Shown here: positions 1 to 18,882 of the stretch, piece after piece
How positions within the stretch are numbered: position 1 is the first letter of the stretch
Layout of the letters: the number at the start of each line of letters is the position of its first letter
Origin: the human T2T-CHM13v2.0 reference genome, Homo sapiens
Strand: one strand, 5' to 3'
NCBI RefSeq assembly: GCF_009914755.1
Contig: NC_060927.1
Length of the DNA: 64,000 bases
Made by a program: the position numbers and the translations under genes
The notes under the pieces: model-generated
What the model was told of the DNA's origin: nothing
What the model saw: the letters and a program-made list of their open reading frames with translations, nothing else
Databases searched by the model: none

Positions 1-108
1 ATGTGTGTGTATATATATATACACATTATATATATATACATTATATATATATACACACACATTATATATATATACATTATATATATATACACACATTATA
101 TATATATA
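1..108. repeat. Compound (TA/CA) microsatellite, unit approximately TATATATATACAC(AC)AT
   Basis: Directly visible repeated tatatatacacatta units. Confidence 0.9.
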
Positions 109-109
109 T

Positions 110-935
110 GGCTTGTCAGGTTGATAAATTTGACTATATAAAAATTAAAAACTTGTGTATGAGAAAAGACTATATAAATGCAATAGAAAAAAGAGTTAAA
201 GAGGAAGTTCACAGAAAAAGTGTCCCAAATGTCTAATAGACCGTGAAGGATAATCAGCCTTAGCAGAAATCAGGGTCATGCAAATTAAAATTATAGTGAG
301 GTATAATTTCTCACCTATGAAATTGGAAAAGCTAAAAAGTCTGAAAATAATAAGTATTGGTGAGGATAAGGAAAATAGGAAGAGCTGTATACTGCTCGTG
401 GAAGTATAAATAGAAGAGTAATTTGGCAGAATCTAGTAAAATAGGAAATGTGCAAATCCTATCATTTTGTAATTTTTCTAGATATACACTTGGAGAAACC
501 TTCATCTATGTGCAGAAGGCAATATGTACTATTATTATATTGTTTCATTGTTTCGTGATGGTAAAAATTTGGAACTACTGCATAAGTCCATCTATAAATA
601 AAGCACTATATAAAAATGTGGTATAGTTAGTTGTACAGTGAAATGTTCTATAGCAGTGTGCAGAAATTAACTGGCTGTTTATAAATGTGGAGAAAGCCAA
701 AACTTATAGTGCTGAGTGAAAATAGCTAGTTGCAGAACCCTACATACAGTATGTTATTACTTAAAGCCACATACAAAGGCATCATATATATTATATACAT
801 TCTTATACTGTGTATTGTATTGGAAAAGTATATACAAATTTATGATGGTGGTTGCTGCCCTAAGGGAAAGGGAGGAGATTGGGGTCAGTAAGACCATTAG
901 CCTTGTTTGTAATGTTTTATTTCTTTTAAAACATT
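110..935 (+). mobile_element. Old L1 (L1M-type) ORF2-end/3' region fragment
   Basis: gataaatttgactatataaaaattaaaaac and atgcaaattaaaa...gaggtataatttctcacct resemble the L1 3' consensus; highly diverged. Confidence 0.7.
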
Positions 936-940
936 AATTG

Positions 941-1237
<297 letters not shown>

Positions 1238-1658
1238 TAATTGAAGCACATGTAGTAAAACAATAAATTGTCAGTATTGATTGGTGGTAACATAGTATTA
1301 TATTATTTGCTGTTCTATTTTGTAACTTTAACATTTAAAAAATTCTATTCTGTTTTCTTCTTCTGGAACATCCATTAGAGGGATGTTGGAACTTCAGAAT
1401 GTATTTTTCATATCTCTTAAATATATTAATTTATATTTTTCTTTTCTCATGCTGCATTCCAGAAGGGTCTCTCAGCTCAATTTTCCAGCTCAGTAATTCT
1501 TTTTATCTAACCTCTTTTTTGTTTTCCTTTTATAATACTGTTTTTATCATATTGTTAAAATAGTCACTGGTCAGTGTTTGTGTTTACAAAACCATTTTTG
1601 TTAAGACTTTGTCCCCTCTTTTGTCTGTCTATGTGAAGATGTTAGGAAGAAATGAAGC

Positions 1659-1959
<301 letters not shown>

Positions 1960-1971
1960 CTACCTCATATA

Positions 1972-1979
1972 TACACACA

Positions 1980-2025
<46 letters not shown>
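1972..2025. repeat. (CA)n microsatellite
   Basis: Direct. Confidence 0.95.
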
Positions 2026-2028
<3 letters not shown>

Positions 2029-2139
2029 CTATATGCTTATTAGAATGTCCAAGATAATAATTTAAAAAATGAACAATACAAAGAAATGGTCACAGGAACT
2101 CTGAAATACTGCTCAAGGGTATGCAAAATGATATGGTCA

Positions 2140-3285
<1,146 letters not shown>

Positions 3286-3679
3286 GTCTAACCTCCACCT
3301 CCATTTGTTTAAAAAAAATTTGTTTTCTAACCTCCTTCTTTTTAAAAAAAGAAAAAATTTGTCATAGAAGACTTAATATTAGATCTCTCCCCTTAACTAA
3401 TTTCTAAGTGTGCAGTACCTAACTGTTGACTAGAGATTCGATGTTGCACAGCAGATCTCTAGAGCTTATTCATCTCGCTTGACTGAACCCTGATGCCTAC
3501 TGGTTAGTAAGTCCCCAGTCCCTGGTAACTGCCATTCCACTCTTAGATTCCATAAATTTCACCATTTTAGACATCTCATATAAGTGGAATCATGCAGTTT
3601 GTCCTGTGACAGGATTTTTTTTCACTTAGCCTAATGTCCTCAAGCTTTATCCATTTTGTCACATATTGAAGAATGTTCT

Positions 3680-3982
3680 TTTTTTTTTTTTTTTTTTTTT
3701 TTTGAGATGGAGTCTCACTCTGTCACCCAGGCTGGAGTGCAGTGGTGTGATCTCGGCTCACTGCAACCTCCGCCTCCAGGTTCAAGTGATTCTTCTGCCT
3801 CAGCCTCCTGAGTAGCTTGGACTACAGGCATGCGCCACCACGCCTGGCTAATTTTTGTATTTTTAGTAGAGATGGGGTTTCACCATATTGTCCAGGCTGG
3901 TCTCGAACTCCTGACCTCATGATCCACCTGCCTCGGCCTCCCAAAGTGTTGGGATTACAGGCGTGAGCCACTGTGCCCGGCC
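3680..3982 (-). mobile_element. Alu SINE (AluS)
   Basis: Dimer with poly-T; TSD-like agaatgt. Confidence 0.95.
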
Positions 3983-4327
3983 AGAATGTCCTTCTTTTTA
4001 AAGGTTTAATAGTATTTCACTATATGTATATACCACATTCTCCTCATATATTCATCTGTCAATAGACATTAAGGTTGTTTCTACATCTTGCCTATTGTGA
4101 ATAGTGCTGCAGTGAACGTAAGAGTGCTAATATCTCTTTAAGATCCCGATCTCAATTCCTCTGGGTAAATATCCAGAAGTAGGATGCTGGATTATATGGC
4201 GGTTCTAGTTCTAATATTTTGAGAAACCTCCATACTGTTTTTCATAGTGGCTGCACCTGCAACATTTTGCATTACCATCAACTGTGTGCAAGAGTTCTGA
4301 TTTTTCTACAACCTTACTAACACTTGT

Positions 4328-4631
4328 CTTTTTATTTTATTTTATTTTATTTTGAGACAGAGTCTCGCTCTGTCACCCAGGCTGGAGTGCAGTAGCATGA
4401 TCTCGGCTCACTGCAAGCTCCGCCTCCCAGGTTCACACCATTCTCCTGCCTCAGCCTCCCGAGCTGGGACTACAAGCGCCCGCCACCATGCCCAGCTAAT
4501 TTTTTGTATTTTTAGTAGAGACGGGGTTTCACTGTGTTCGTCAGGATGGTTTCGATCTCCTGACCTCATGATCCGCCCACCTTGGCCTCCCAAAGTGCTG
4601 GGATTACAGGCATGAGCCATCACACCCGGCC
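4328..4631 (-). mobile_element. Alu SINE (AluY-like)
   Basis: cactgcaagctccgcc and ccattctcctgcc diagnostics; TSD aacacttgtctttt. Confidence 0.92.
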
Positions 4632-4882
4632 AACACTTGTCTTTTATGTTTTTGGTAATAGCCATCCTCATAGGTGTGAGGTGATAGCTTATTGCTGTTT
4701 TGATTTGCCTTTCCCAGATGATTAGTGATGATTAGTGCTCAATTAGGGATTGAACATTTTTTCATATACTTGTTGGCCATTTATATGTCTTCTTCGTAGA
4801 AATGTCTATTCAAATCATTAGCCCATTTTAAAATCAGGTTATTAGTTTTTTCTAAACTATTGAGTTGTAGAAGTTCCCTATA

Positions 4883-5197
<315 letters not shown>

Positions 5198-5524
5198 TAA
5201 CCCCTCACCAGTCATATGGTTTGAAAATATTTCCTCTCATTTCATAGGTTGCCTTTCATTCTTGATTCTTTTCTTTGCCATGCAGAAGCTTTTTAGTTTG
5301 ATGTAGTCCCACTTTTTATATTTGCTTTTGTTGTCTGTGATTTTGGTGTCATATCTGTGAAATCATTGCAAAGATCCATGTCACAAAGATTTTCCTCAGT
5401 GTTTTCTTCTAGGAATTTTACAGTTTCCTCTTTCTTTTCTGATCTCACTTAACTGTTTTACCTTTTTTTCTGAGTTAGTCTAGCCAAAGATTTGTCAATT
5501 TTCTTTATCTTTTCAAAAAGCTAA

Positions 5525-5864
<340 letters not shown>

Positions 5865-6230
5865 GATTTTTTTCTATTGTTTTTCTTTTTTCAATCTTAT
5901 CTGTGCCCTAATCTTTGGTATTTCTTTCTTTCTGCTAACTTTGGGCTTAGGTTGTCATTTTTTTCCCAGTCAGTTGAGTTGTGAAACTTATGAGATGCAA
6001 CAAAAGCAGTCCTAAGAGGGTATAGTGATACATACCGACATTTACAGTTAAAGTAATTATTGATAGAAAAGGATTTACTATTGCCATTTTGTTAGTTGTT
6101 TTCTGATAGCCTCGTGGGGTTTTTTTCTGTCTTTTCCCCCTTGCTGTCTTCCCTTGTGTTTTATTTTTTTGTATTGCTATGCTTTGATTCCTTTTGTGTG
6201 TGTGTATGTGTGTGTGTGTGTAACTTCTTC

Positions 6231-6524
6231 TTTTTTTTTTTGAAGACGGAGTCTCGCTGTGTCACCCAGGCTGGAGTGAAGTGGGGCAATCTCGGCTCAC
6301 TGCAACCTCTGCCCTCTGGGTTCAAGTGATTCTCCTGCCTCAGCCTTCTAAGTAGCTGGGATTACAGGCATGCGCCACCATGCCCAGCTAATTTTTGTAT
6401 TTTTAGTAGAGGTGGGGGTTTACCATGTTGGCCAGGCTGGTCTCAAACTCCTGACCTCAGGTGATCCACCTGCCTCGGCCTCCCAAAGTGCTAGGATTAC
6501 AGGGGTGAGCCACTATGCCTGGCC
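6231..6524 (-). mobile_element. Alu SINE (AluS), preceded by (TG)n
   Basis: Reverse Alu; TSD tgtaacttct. Confidence 0.93.
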
Positions 6525-6714
6525 CTTGTGTAACTTCTATAGGTATTTATTTTGTAGTTACCTTGGGGCTTAGGTAAAATATTTTATAGTTATGACAGTT
6601 TATTTTAAGCTGATAATTTAAGTTTAATCATGTACAAAAGCTTTACACTTTAACTTCTACCCCCATCACACTTTATATTATTGTCATAATTTATATCTCT
6701 TAATTCTGTGCATA

Positions 6715-7141
6715 TGCCAAGGCTTGAATATTTGTGCCATCAGAAACTCATGTTGAAACCTAATCCCCAGTGTGGCAGTATTGAGAGGTGGGGCCTTTAA
6801 GAGGTGATTGGATCATGAAGGCCCTACCCTCATGAGTGGATTAATCCATTATTGGATTAATGGATTAATGGGTAAATAGATTATCACAGAAGTGGAACTG
6901 GTGGCTTTATAAGCAGAGGAAGAGAGACCTGAGCTAGCGCTCTCAGCCCCCTCACCATGTGATGTCCTGTACTGTCTTGGGATTATGCAGGGTGTCCCCA
7001 CCAGCAAGAAGGCCTCCACCAGATGTGGTCCCTTGACCTTGGACTTCCCCAACTCTAGAACTTTAAACAATAAACTTCTTTCATTTATAGATTACCCTGT
7101 CTCAGGTATTCAGTTATAGCAACAGTAAATGGATTAAGAGT
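6715..7141 (+). mobile_element. MaLR solo LTR, MSTB-like
   Basis: aaactcatgttgaaacctaatccccagtgtggcagtattgagaggtggggcc ... aataaa ... ctcaggtattcagttatagcaacag. Confidence 0.88.
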
Positions 7142-7150
7142 ATATTTTAA

Positions 7151-7496
<346 letters not shown>

Positions 7497-8033
7497 AGTT
7501 ATAGTTATTTTCCATCTTTTTTCTTTTAACTTGTATAGGAGAATTAAAAGTGATTTCTCCATCACCATTACAGTATTACAGTATTCTATATTTGTCTATA
7601 CATTTACCTTTACTAGTGAGTTTCACACTTTCTTTTAATATTGTGTGGCTATTTAGCATACTTTCATTTCAACTTGAAGAACTTCCTTTAGTATTTCTTG
7701 TAAGGCAGGTCTAGTGATGAACTCTCTCAGCTTTTATTTGTCTGGTAGTCTTTATTTCTCTTTCATTTTTGTAGGACAGTTTTGTCAGGTATAGTAGTCT
7801 TGGTTGGCAGTTTTTTCTTTCAGTGCTTTGAATATATCATCCTACTCACTTCCTAGCTCAGTAATTCTTACAAATTGTGATTATTTTGTTGTCAGCTCAT
7901 CTGCTTAATTTTTTATTTCCATTACAAAATTTTTGAGATGCCTTATTGACTTTTTTTTTTAAATCACAGCTTGCCTAAATTTGTTTTTATGTCTTGGCTA
8001 TTAGACCTTCCCTTATTCTTCCAAGTATTTGCT

Positions 8034-8352
<319 letters not shown>

Positions 8353-9039
8353 TGAATTGCATTAAGTTTTGCTATGATTACACTTGGCCTTTGTAAGTTC
8401 TTTTTTTTTTTTTTTAATGGTTCTATTTCTTTCATAGTGTTGGCCTTACACAAATACTTGCTGATTGTTGATGTGCTCATTGTTTTAATTGAGAGACTCT
8501 GTTAGGCTCTCTGATGTCTGTGCTGCTTGCTTTGGGAAGGAGTGGGATGGAAGTGGGATTGGAGAAAAGGGAGGGTGGGCAGTTGGGAACAGGGTATGGC
8601 ACAGGCTGGTCTTGTGGATATGAGTGCTCCAGTTTCTGGTTTGCATGGAGCACTGCTTTGTCTCTCTGACCCAAGCTGACAGCCATTGCCCTACCTGGTG
8701 GGAACCCAGTTGCCTCTGGCTGGCTGGGCATTTGTGAATATGTGAGCAGGTATTGGTTTATGGAGGCCAAACATGTGGCAGTTCCTCTTGATGGTTTCTC
8801 CCTTTGGGTTGCCCCAGATCCCTCCAGCTCCCAGGCCCTTCCTCCTTGGTCATGGTGCTCTCCCATCCACATTTTAAACTAAGTTTTCTTTCTTCAGTCA
8901 GATCCTATCATCATTTCACCAGCATTTCATCTTTAGGAATTCTCCACCGTTTTTGGTCCATCAAGAGACCACTTCATGATTTTGAGTTATAGCTTTAAAA
9001 AAGTCTTTTCTTTCATTTGTTAGGAATATATCTTATTTA

Positions 9040-9340
<301 letters not shown>

Positions 9341-9369
9341 GGATGTATCTCATTTATAGTCCACCATCT

Positions 9370-9830
9370 GTGAATCTCAGGCTTGGAGAGAAAGCTTACG
9401 TCTAGATACATAGATTTGGGACTCATTTGAATAATAAATGAAAACTTGAAGCATGGTAGGACAAAAGATATTCAGAGAATGTGTGCACAGAGAGAGGAAA
9501 AACCAGCCAAGGGCAGAATTTAGGAAATTACCTGTTCTTAAGGGGTTGGGATACAATGAGAAATCAGTGGCAAGGGGTGATTGGAGAGGTAACAGGAGTC
9601 TCAGAGAGGGGAAGAGGAGAGAGGAAGGATAAAGACTACAGAGAGGTGATATGTCAGTCCTGAGGAAAGGTCACAAGGACAACATCCGAGGCTGCTGGTG
9701 ACCTGTGAGAGCTGCCTCACTGGAGGGGTGAGGCCAAAGCCAGATGGAGATGAGCTAATGAGTGAGTGGGAGAAAGCAAAGGAAGGCAGTAGGCACCCTC
9801 CGATGACGGTAGTGAGAGAGGGCAGGCAAA
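9370..9830. mobile_element. Ancient L2 fragments
   Basis: Purine-rich L2-like motifs (ctagatacatagatttgggactcatt; ctggtgacctgtgagagctgcctcactggaggggtgaggccaaagccaga). Confidence 0.55.
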
Positions 9831-11109
9831 GTGGAGGGGGCTTGAAGGCATAACAGAGCCAGGAGCAGATTCTGGAAGACCCTTGGAAACATCCCTCCGT
9901 TGAATTGACTCCCCCATCCCACCCCTACCACCTGCAGGGCTTGGCTCTGATCTTGCAGTACAGGAGCAAATATCCTCAGTTGGTCGTTGTTAAGGGTGGT
10001 GGAGATCAATCCTTCTCTCCAGTCACCGCAATCTGATCTAGCAGGTATCTGCTGTTCTCTGGCCTCTCTTTTTCCTCTGGAGGTGGAGAAGTCCCACCAT
10101 CCTGAGCACATCCCCTCCACTCTCCTTCCCCCCATGATCATGTTCCTAAAACACCTCAGTTTGCCAGTTCATTGCCCCCACATCTTCCGTGGTTTCCCCA
10201 TAAACTAAGCCCCTAGCATATCCTTTAAGGCTCCCCATGCTCTGGCCCTTTCTCTGTAATCTCAGTCCCTCCACACATTGCTGCTGAGCCTCTATTAAGA
10301 GCCAGGCAAGGGGCTCATGGCTTAGCACTGGGGCACTGAGACACCTCTGGAGCAAATGGTACAATACCATGTGGAATGTTCTGGCATCAAGGTTTGTCCT
10401 GGGGCCAGATGGCACTGAGACGGGAGTGGACTAGGTCTAGGGTAAGAAAGATAGGGGTTGGGCTGGCATGTGCAAAGGCCCAGAAACAAGTCTGTGGTAC
10501 ACTTGGTAAAGGCAGTTGGCTTTGTCGTCTAGACTCTAGAGCAGTGTGTGAGTTTGTGGAGGGAAAGAAAGGGTGAGAAAGATGGGAAAGGAAGCCTGTG
10601 AGAGCTGTGGAAATGCACTCTGTTCCAAGGCGATGGGCCACGCGGAAGGGCTGTGAGCAGGAGGCAGCCTATCCATATTGATGTTCCATAGAGATGGCCC
10701 TGGGGCCTGTGCTGGAGGAAAGACGGCACAGGAAGATCCATTAGGAGGCTTGTTCTGTGCAGGCAGGTGGTGACGAGGACCTGTGCTTCCCGCAGCAGTG
10801 GGAGGTGATTAGAGACAGTTCCACACTGTAGCAGGTGAGGGCTGGTGAGGAGCAAAGGTGTGGTGGGCATTTCTAAAGAGAACGCCTGATTAGGTGATGC
10901 AGACCCCACAACATGTGACACACGGAACGGAGCAGGAGAGGTTGCTGAGCCTCATTATCCGTCCTGCTCCCAGGCCCCACAATTCCACCCACACATCCTC
11001 CACCCAACAGGTCTCTTCTCTGAACACGCGCTGTCTTGCCACACCTTTGCTAATGGTGTTCTTTCTGCCTGAAATGCCCTCACCACCCACTCTTCACCAC
11101 CTCGTACAT

Positions 11110-11300
11110 AATAAAAAAAATGATAATTAGAGCAACCTTTTGAGCTCTCACCACAAATCCAGGGAGGATGCTGACTTCTCTGTTTGTATATTTAATACTC
11201 ACAACAAGCCTATGAGATGGACGTTATTATTCCAGTTGCTAGATGTAGAAACTGGAGCCCAGAGGTGGTTACGTTGCTGATGGGCACCAGGCAGAGCTGG
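11110..11300 (-). mobile_element. MIR SINE
   Basis: atttaatactcacaacaagcctatgagatggacgttattattcc...gaaactggagcccagaggtgg. Confidence 0.7.
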
Positions 11301-11451
11301 TTCCTGGGCTCTATGGCACTGGGAAATGCTAGGACCAGTTCTTACCAGTCCCTGGAATGAGCTCCCATCCATAGTTCCTGGGCTCGCCTGTCTCGTGGAG
11401 GAGAGGGCAGGAGGGAGGGAGCACCAGCACTGAGGACTTTTCCCTTCTTGA

Positions 11452-11779
<328 letters not shown>

Positions 11780-11799
11780 TCTGGCATTCTCTTCCTCTC

Positions 11800-12310
11800 T
11801 ACTTCCCTACCCTTCAGGGTTGGGGTTCTTTCACGTTCTAACTTAGACCTTTGTGTCATCACTCAGTCCATGCTCATGTCTTAATGACCACCTGCATCTA
11901 GCAATTCCCGACTCTTTATCTTGATCCCAGCCCTCTTTCTCAAGCACCAGCCATGTATATCCACCTACCTAGTTGACATCCCAACTTAAACATGTGGCAT
12001 GGAATACAGAATTCACGATCTTCTTCTCCCTCCCCTCCCTCTTCTCTTCCCCACATCACTGAGTGACCCACCATCCAGCCTCCCCAGGGCTGAACCCAGA
12101 ACCCCATGTGTCCTTTACTTATCTGCCCACGATGCTCAACCTCTCTCAGCCAGCTTACAACCACCAGGTTCGGTCGATTTTCCTTTAAACATCTCTTAAC
12201 TCTCTATTCCCTTCCATCCCTACCATTACCCTATGTCTGGTTGACTGCCATGGCTTTCTTCTTTATTCCTTTTCCTCCATCTATTGTCTTAATGGCAACG
12301 ATAGACATCT
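11800..12310. mobile_element. L2 fragment
   Basis: Pyrimidine-rich L2 motifs (catcccaacttaaacatgt, catccagcctccccagggctgaacccagaa). Confidence 0.55.
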
Positions 12311-12464
12311 TTCTGAAGTGGAGAATAGCTTACATGCAATGCAGCATGGACTCCAGGGCCAAACTACCTGGGTTCATATTGTGGCTTTCTTACTTACTAC
12401 CTATATGACCTTGGGGAAATTACTTATCCTTCAGCTTCCTCATCTGTAAAATGAGAATATTAAC

Positions 12465-12798
12465 AGGTTTTATACAATCTCTTATCCAAAACCCTTGGGA
12501 TCACATATGTTTCAGAATTCAGAAATTCTGCATTTTATAAAAGGCAGTACTTTGCCTGTGTCTTGTATTTTTTAACACTCCTAGTGAGATCTGGGGCAAT
12601 ACCCTGCAATCAGACATGGCATTTCTGCAGTGAAACATACAAATATTCACATTACATGAGGATAAATAAAGACAGAATGTCAGTTCACATCAATAAAGAT
12701 GTCAGTTCAGCTCAAATTTTGCTGCCAAATAAGTTATGAAAATCTTTAGGTTGGGAGAGTTTTGGATTGTGGAAATTGATGTTAGCAGATAGTGGACC
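12465..12798. mobile_element. Tigger-family MITE (MER46C-like) inserted in a MIR (12320-12830)
   Basis: tctcttatccaaaacccttggg...tttcagaattcagaaatt...agcagatagtggaccta; flanked by MIR core tatgaccttggggaaattactt...cttcctcatctgtaaaatg. Confidence 0.65.
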
Positions 12799-12834
12799 TA
12801 CTTCATAAGGCTGGTAGAAAGATTACATAAATTT

Positions 12835-13260
<426 letters not shown>

Positions 13261-14224
13261 CTATAATTTTATAGTCATTTGCAGAGTGCTTGGCACACAG
13301 TTGGGTGATATAAATGCTGGTTAAGGGGCATTTTTCTACTTAAACCCTCCTATGGAATCTCCTAGGTCCTGGGAGAAACCTCACTCCTGGGAAGCTCCTG
13401 CGTGCTACCCCTGTCAGCTGGGAGACAGCTCTGCCGCATTTTTTTCAGCTCCTCCATTGCTCTGCTGATTCACAGCCTCCAGCTTCCAGAACCTTTCCCC
13501 TGTCGGGACAGTAGTCCAACTCCGTTTTCACATGCTTGTCCTATTTGCTCGTTGGGTTCCAGGAGGCTCTCTCCGTCCCCTGGCTCTGTGTATGGCCCAT
13601 CGTCCTTACCACACTGTCCTGCAAGTGCTCGTTAACTCACCTGGCTTCTCCACTGCCCTCTCTGTTCCCTCAATGAAGGAACCCTGGGATCTTGCTCGCC
13701 CCTAGTATCTGGCACATAGTATACCCCCAGGAAGTATTTATTGTGAAAATCAATAAATTACTTGAATTGATATTTGTTGAGCATCTGTGTGCGCCAGGCT
13801 GGTGGTAAGCCTTTTGCACAATCATTCCATGCAGATTGCAAAGCCCCTCTCTGAGGTAGCATCGTAACCCCTGCTTTCCCTTCGAAGCTTGTGCTCCCCA
13901 GTCTCCTACCTTCCGGTCCTCCCGTATCTGTCGCTGGGTCACCTCGCTTGCCCACTAAAGATTTTGGCATGAATTCCATGGTTTTCCCTGGCAGCTCAGG
14001 GCACTTCCCATGTCCTTGTTGAGAAAGCCCCATGCTGGCTTCCCTGTTCTTGAGGCCCCTCATCTCTGGGGGATTGACTCACTTCAGTCACCCACTCCTG
14101 AGGCCACACACAAGATACAAACTCCAAAGCCCACCCCCATTTTGTGCCCCACACCCCTGTCCTCCCCTCATGCAGACCCCCACTACTCTCCATGTAAACA
14201 TCATTTTATAACGAGGCATCTTTC

Positions 14225-14520
14225 AGCACACCAACCTGCCATTCCCTGCAAAGCTCTACACATTGGTTTTGTCTGCATCTGTTTTTTAGCAAAAGGACTT
14301 ACTGCCACATTTTAAAAGATCCAGTCATTTTACACACAAAAAAAATCCAGATTTATGGCTTTCCTTAGAGGAGAAAAATCAGAAGATCTGAACTCGAGCC
14401 TTGCATTCCTGCCAGAGATCAAGCAGCCTGGGCTCCTCTCCAGTTTGCCTAATTTCTACCACACCCTCTTCTCTTATTTATCTTACCTGACCGGCCTGAA
14501 GGCATCTGAGTACGTGACCT
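14225..14520. mobile_element. hAT-Charlie MITE (MER102-like)
   Basis: aaaaatccagatttatggctttccttagaggagaaaaatcagaagatctg resembles the MER102 core. Confidence 0.55.
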
Positions 14521-14619
14521 TTGTCTTGGGTGGAAAAGTTTTCAAGGCAGGCAAAAAAATCTTATGTTGGCCAACCCAGAAGTTTCTTGGTCATAAGACA
14601 GTATGGATGACAATGTCCC

Positions 14620-14790
14620 CTGTTTGTTGAGCACTGACTATATGCTGGCACTTCACAGGCAGTGCGCCTCTTGATCCTTACACAACCCTAAGAGGTGCAA
14701 ATTATTATTCCCCCACCTTTTTTTTTTCAGGTAAGAAAACCAGGTGCTCAGAAAGGGCAAGTAATTTGCTTACTGACACACAGCTAGAAA
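14620..14790 (-). mobile_element. MIR SINE
   Basis: ttgagcactgactatatgctggcac...cttacacaaccctaagaggt...gtaagaaaaccaggtgctcagaaagggcaagtaatttgc. Confidence 0.75.
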
Positions 14791-15026
14791 GTAGCAAGAC
14801 TTTGTAGGTGCATGAACAAAGATTGCTCCAAGTACCAGACCATTTGGATCTTGGTGAAACGTGCAAGATATGAGTGCAGATTGTGAGGAAGCCCCTGACA
14901 CCTTTGGCCAACAGGATCTGGCTTTCATAGAGAACCAAACCCTTCATAGGGTTTGGTATAGTCTTAAATACAGTAGACATGCTGGAAGATTTTTGAAGAG
15001 AAATATTTTGCTTGTAAAACTCTTGG

Positions 15027-15327
<301 letters not shown>

Positions 15328-16219
15328 CTAATGACCTGATTGGTAGGGTTGGGAGTGAGTGTACGTGGTTATAGGTCCAGAATGATGCTCCAATAAGGAT
15401 AGGAAGCAAAAAGGAGGAGGCCCAGACCCAGGGGGAAATGGCTGAGGGCAGAGAGGCTGCAGGTGAGGGTGGAAAGGACACCAGTTTGCTTTTGCTTCCG
15501 GAGACAGGAAGCAGGGCCCTTGCAGGCTCCCGGAGACAATGGCATCTCTGCTGTAGGAGTTTGAGGGGGAAGTCTGGGGCTGCCTCAGACTCTGAGATAG
15601 AGGGGCTGTCAACTCTGACTCTCGAAACATGCATTCCTGCTACCTATTTCTTCTTCCTCTTTGGTTCTTACCTGACTCTCCTGGGGGTGTGTACCCTCCC
15701 TCGCCTCTACTTCTGAAACAAATACTCCATTGGCTCTGCTGCAACCTCATCTCCCTTTGGGTCTGACACAAAGTGGTCCCTCTGCCTGGGGTTTCACTTC
15801 TGGGGATCTGGGACTTATCACTTGTCTGAAGCTCTCTCAATGACAGGTTGAATGAAGGCCCAGGGTCTTCCCAGACAGGGCGGCACCCAGGCAGCCAGAC
15901 AGGGGAGCATGGTGCCTGGGCTTCTGTGAAGGCCTTTTCCCACGCGGAAGGGAAACAGTGGCCTCTTGTACTTTGTCTTTCAAAACTCTGACAAACATGG
16001 GGTAATGCTTATGATAGGGGTTAAGAAAAGCAGGATTCAGTCGTGTAAATACCGTGTGAGTTTAGCAATCGAGAAAGGTACGAGGAGGGAGATGTACCAA
16101 CACATCTGGAGGGATTATCCTATGCTGGTGCCATTGTGGGAGATTTATCTTCTCTCTCCCTTTCCCTTCCAGATTTTCTACCACTTCCAGGTCTTCTACA
16201 ATGAACAAGTATTACTTTT

Positions 16220-16387
16220 CTTTATTTTTCTTTTTTTTTTTTTTTTGAGACAGAGTCTTGCTTTTGTTGTCTAGTGCAGTGGTGCCCATAGCTCATTGCA
16301 GCCTCAACCTCCCAGGCTCAAGCGATCCTCCCACCTCAGCCTCCCGAGTAGCTGGAACTACAGGTATGTGCCATCATGCCTGGCTAA
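16220..16387 (-). mobile_element. Alu right-monomer fragment (AluJ-like)
   Basis: atagctcattgcagcctcaacctcccaggctcaagcgatcctccc. Confidence 0.85.
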
Positions 16388-16794
16388 AGGTGTTGCTTTT
16401 CTAAGAAAGACTTTTTTTTTAAAGAAGTTTCATCTAAAAATTTGTGACTGATAATAAGAACGTTAATATTTAATTGAAAGCTTGGAAGGAAAAACATCCA
16501 AAATTTCACTCTGCTTCTTTCTGGAATCTCACCTGACCCTCCAAATAGGGAACGCCCAGCTCAAGTAGTGTGTCTGTCCCTCTTGCCCTGTGTATTCTTC
16601 TTCATGGCGTTGTGACGACCTGACATACTTTATGCCCATGGAATCGCCTCTTGTCTGCTTCCCCCACTGGCATGTCAGCAGCACAGGAACAAAGGCCTTT
16701 CTGGTTGTGTTCACCAGAGTAGAGTTCACCGCCATAGCCCAGAGTAGACCTGCCAGTGAGAAGGAGCTCTCTACACATTTGAATGAAGGAATAG

Positions 16795-17130
<336 letters not shown>

Positions 17131-17276
17131 TAGTTACTATATTTCTGAGTTTCCAGCTGTTTATCCAATAAACTTTCATTGCTTTCATGATCAGAAAAAA
17201 ATGAATAAATATTATTTTTTTCCTCCATGAAAATAGCACAATGAAGCAAACTCTCAATTCTAACATTTGAGAATGA

Positions 17277-17630
<354 letters not shown>

Positions 17631-18210
17631 TGAGAAACCTGCTGGTGTGAGTCACATGTCTGTGTGGGCACATTCCTGCTGAGCTGGTTGAAAGCATAGA
17701 TGTGTGGAAAAAAGATTCCTCTCTATGCACCACTCTTTGCCCACAGGGCCATCGATGGTCAACAGGATAGACCTGTGTAAATCTGCCTTTCCAGAAGACT
17801 GGCTGGGAAACCCATGTGCTGTCTCTCCCTCTTGCCCTGTCTGTTCACCTTTTGGTCTTTGGTCAGCAGGTGCAGGGATGTGTTTGCCAATAGGGTTCCT
17901 GAAAGCTTGTCTGATTTAGACCTCCAGAGCCACCTGGGGGACATGTCAGAAGGAGAGGGGCTGGGCCTGTCCCCAGATGGACCCCTGCTCTTCTGGGAGG
18001 ACAAACTGGAACTGGTCTGGATCCAGCTGCGACGCTGCTAGAGGAGAACGAGGCATCTTTTGCCCTCCAACATCTGGAGCCTGCCTCTCCAGGATGGGTA
18101 CACCAGGCCTCTGCCTGCTCCCCGTTCCTTTCCACATTCCCCTTCTCTTACCTGCTTGCTACCCAGCTTGAAGGGCCTGTTTTTCCTGCTCAGGAACATT
18201 ACTTATTTAG

Positions 18211-18882
<672 letters not shown>

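Noticed and set aside
9900-10140. Unique stretch with an exon-like minus reading (EGLISTTLNNDQLRIFAPVLQDQSQALQ)
   Set aside because: No recognisable family, no convincing splice-site pair and no neighbouring exons; cannot be supported without BLASTx or conservation.
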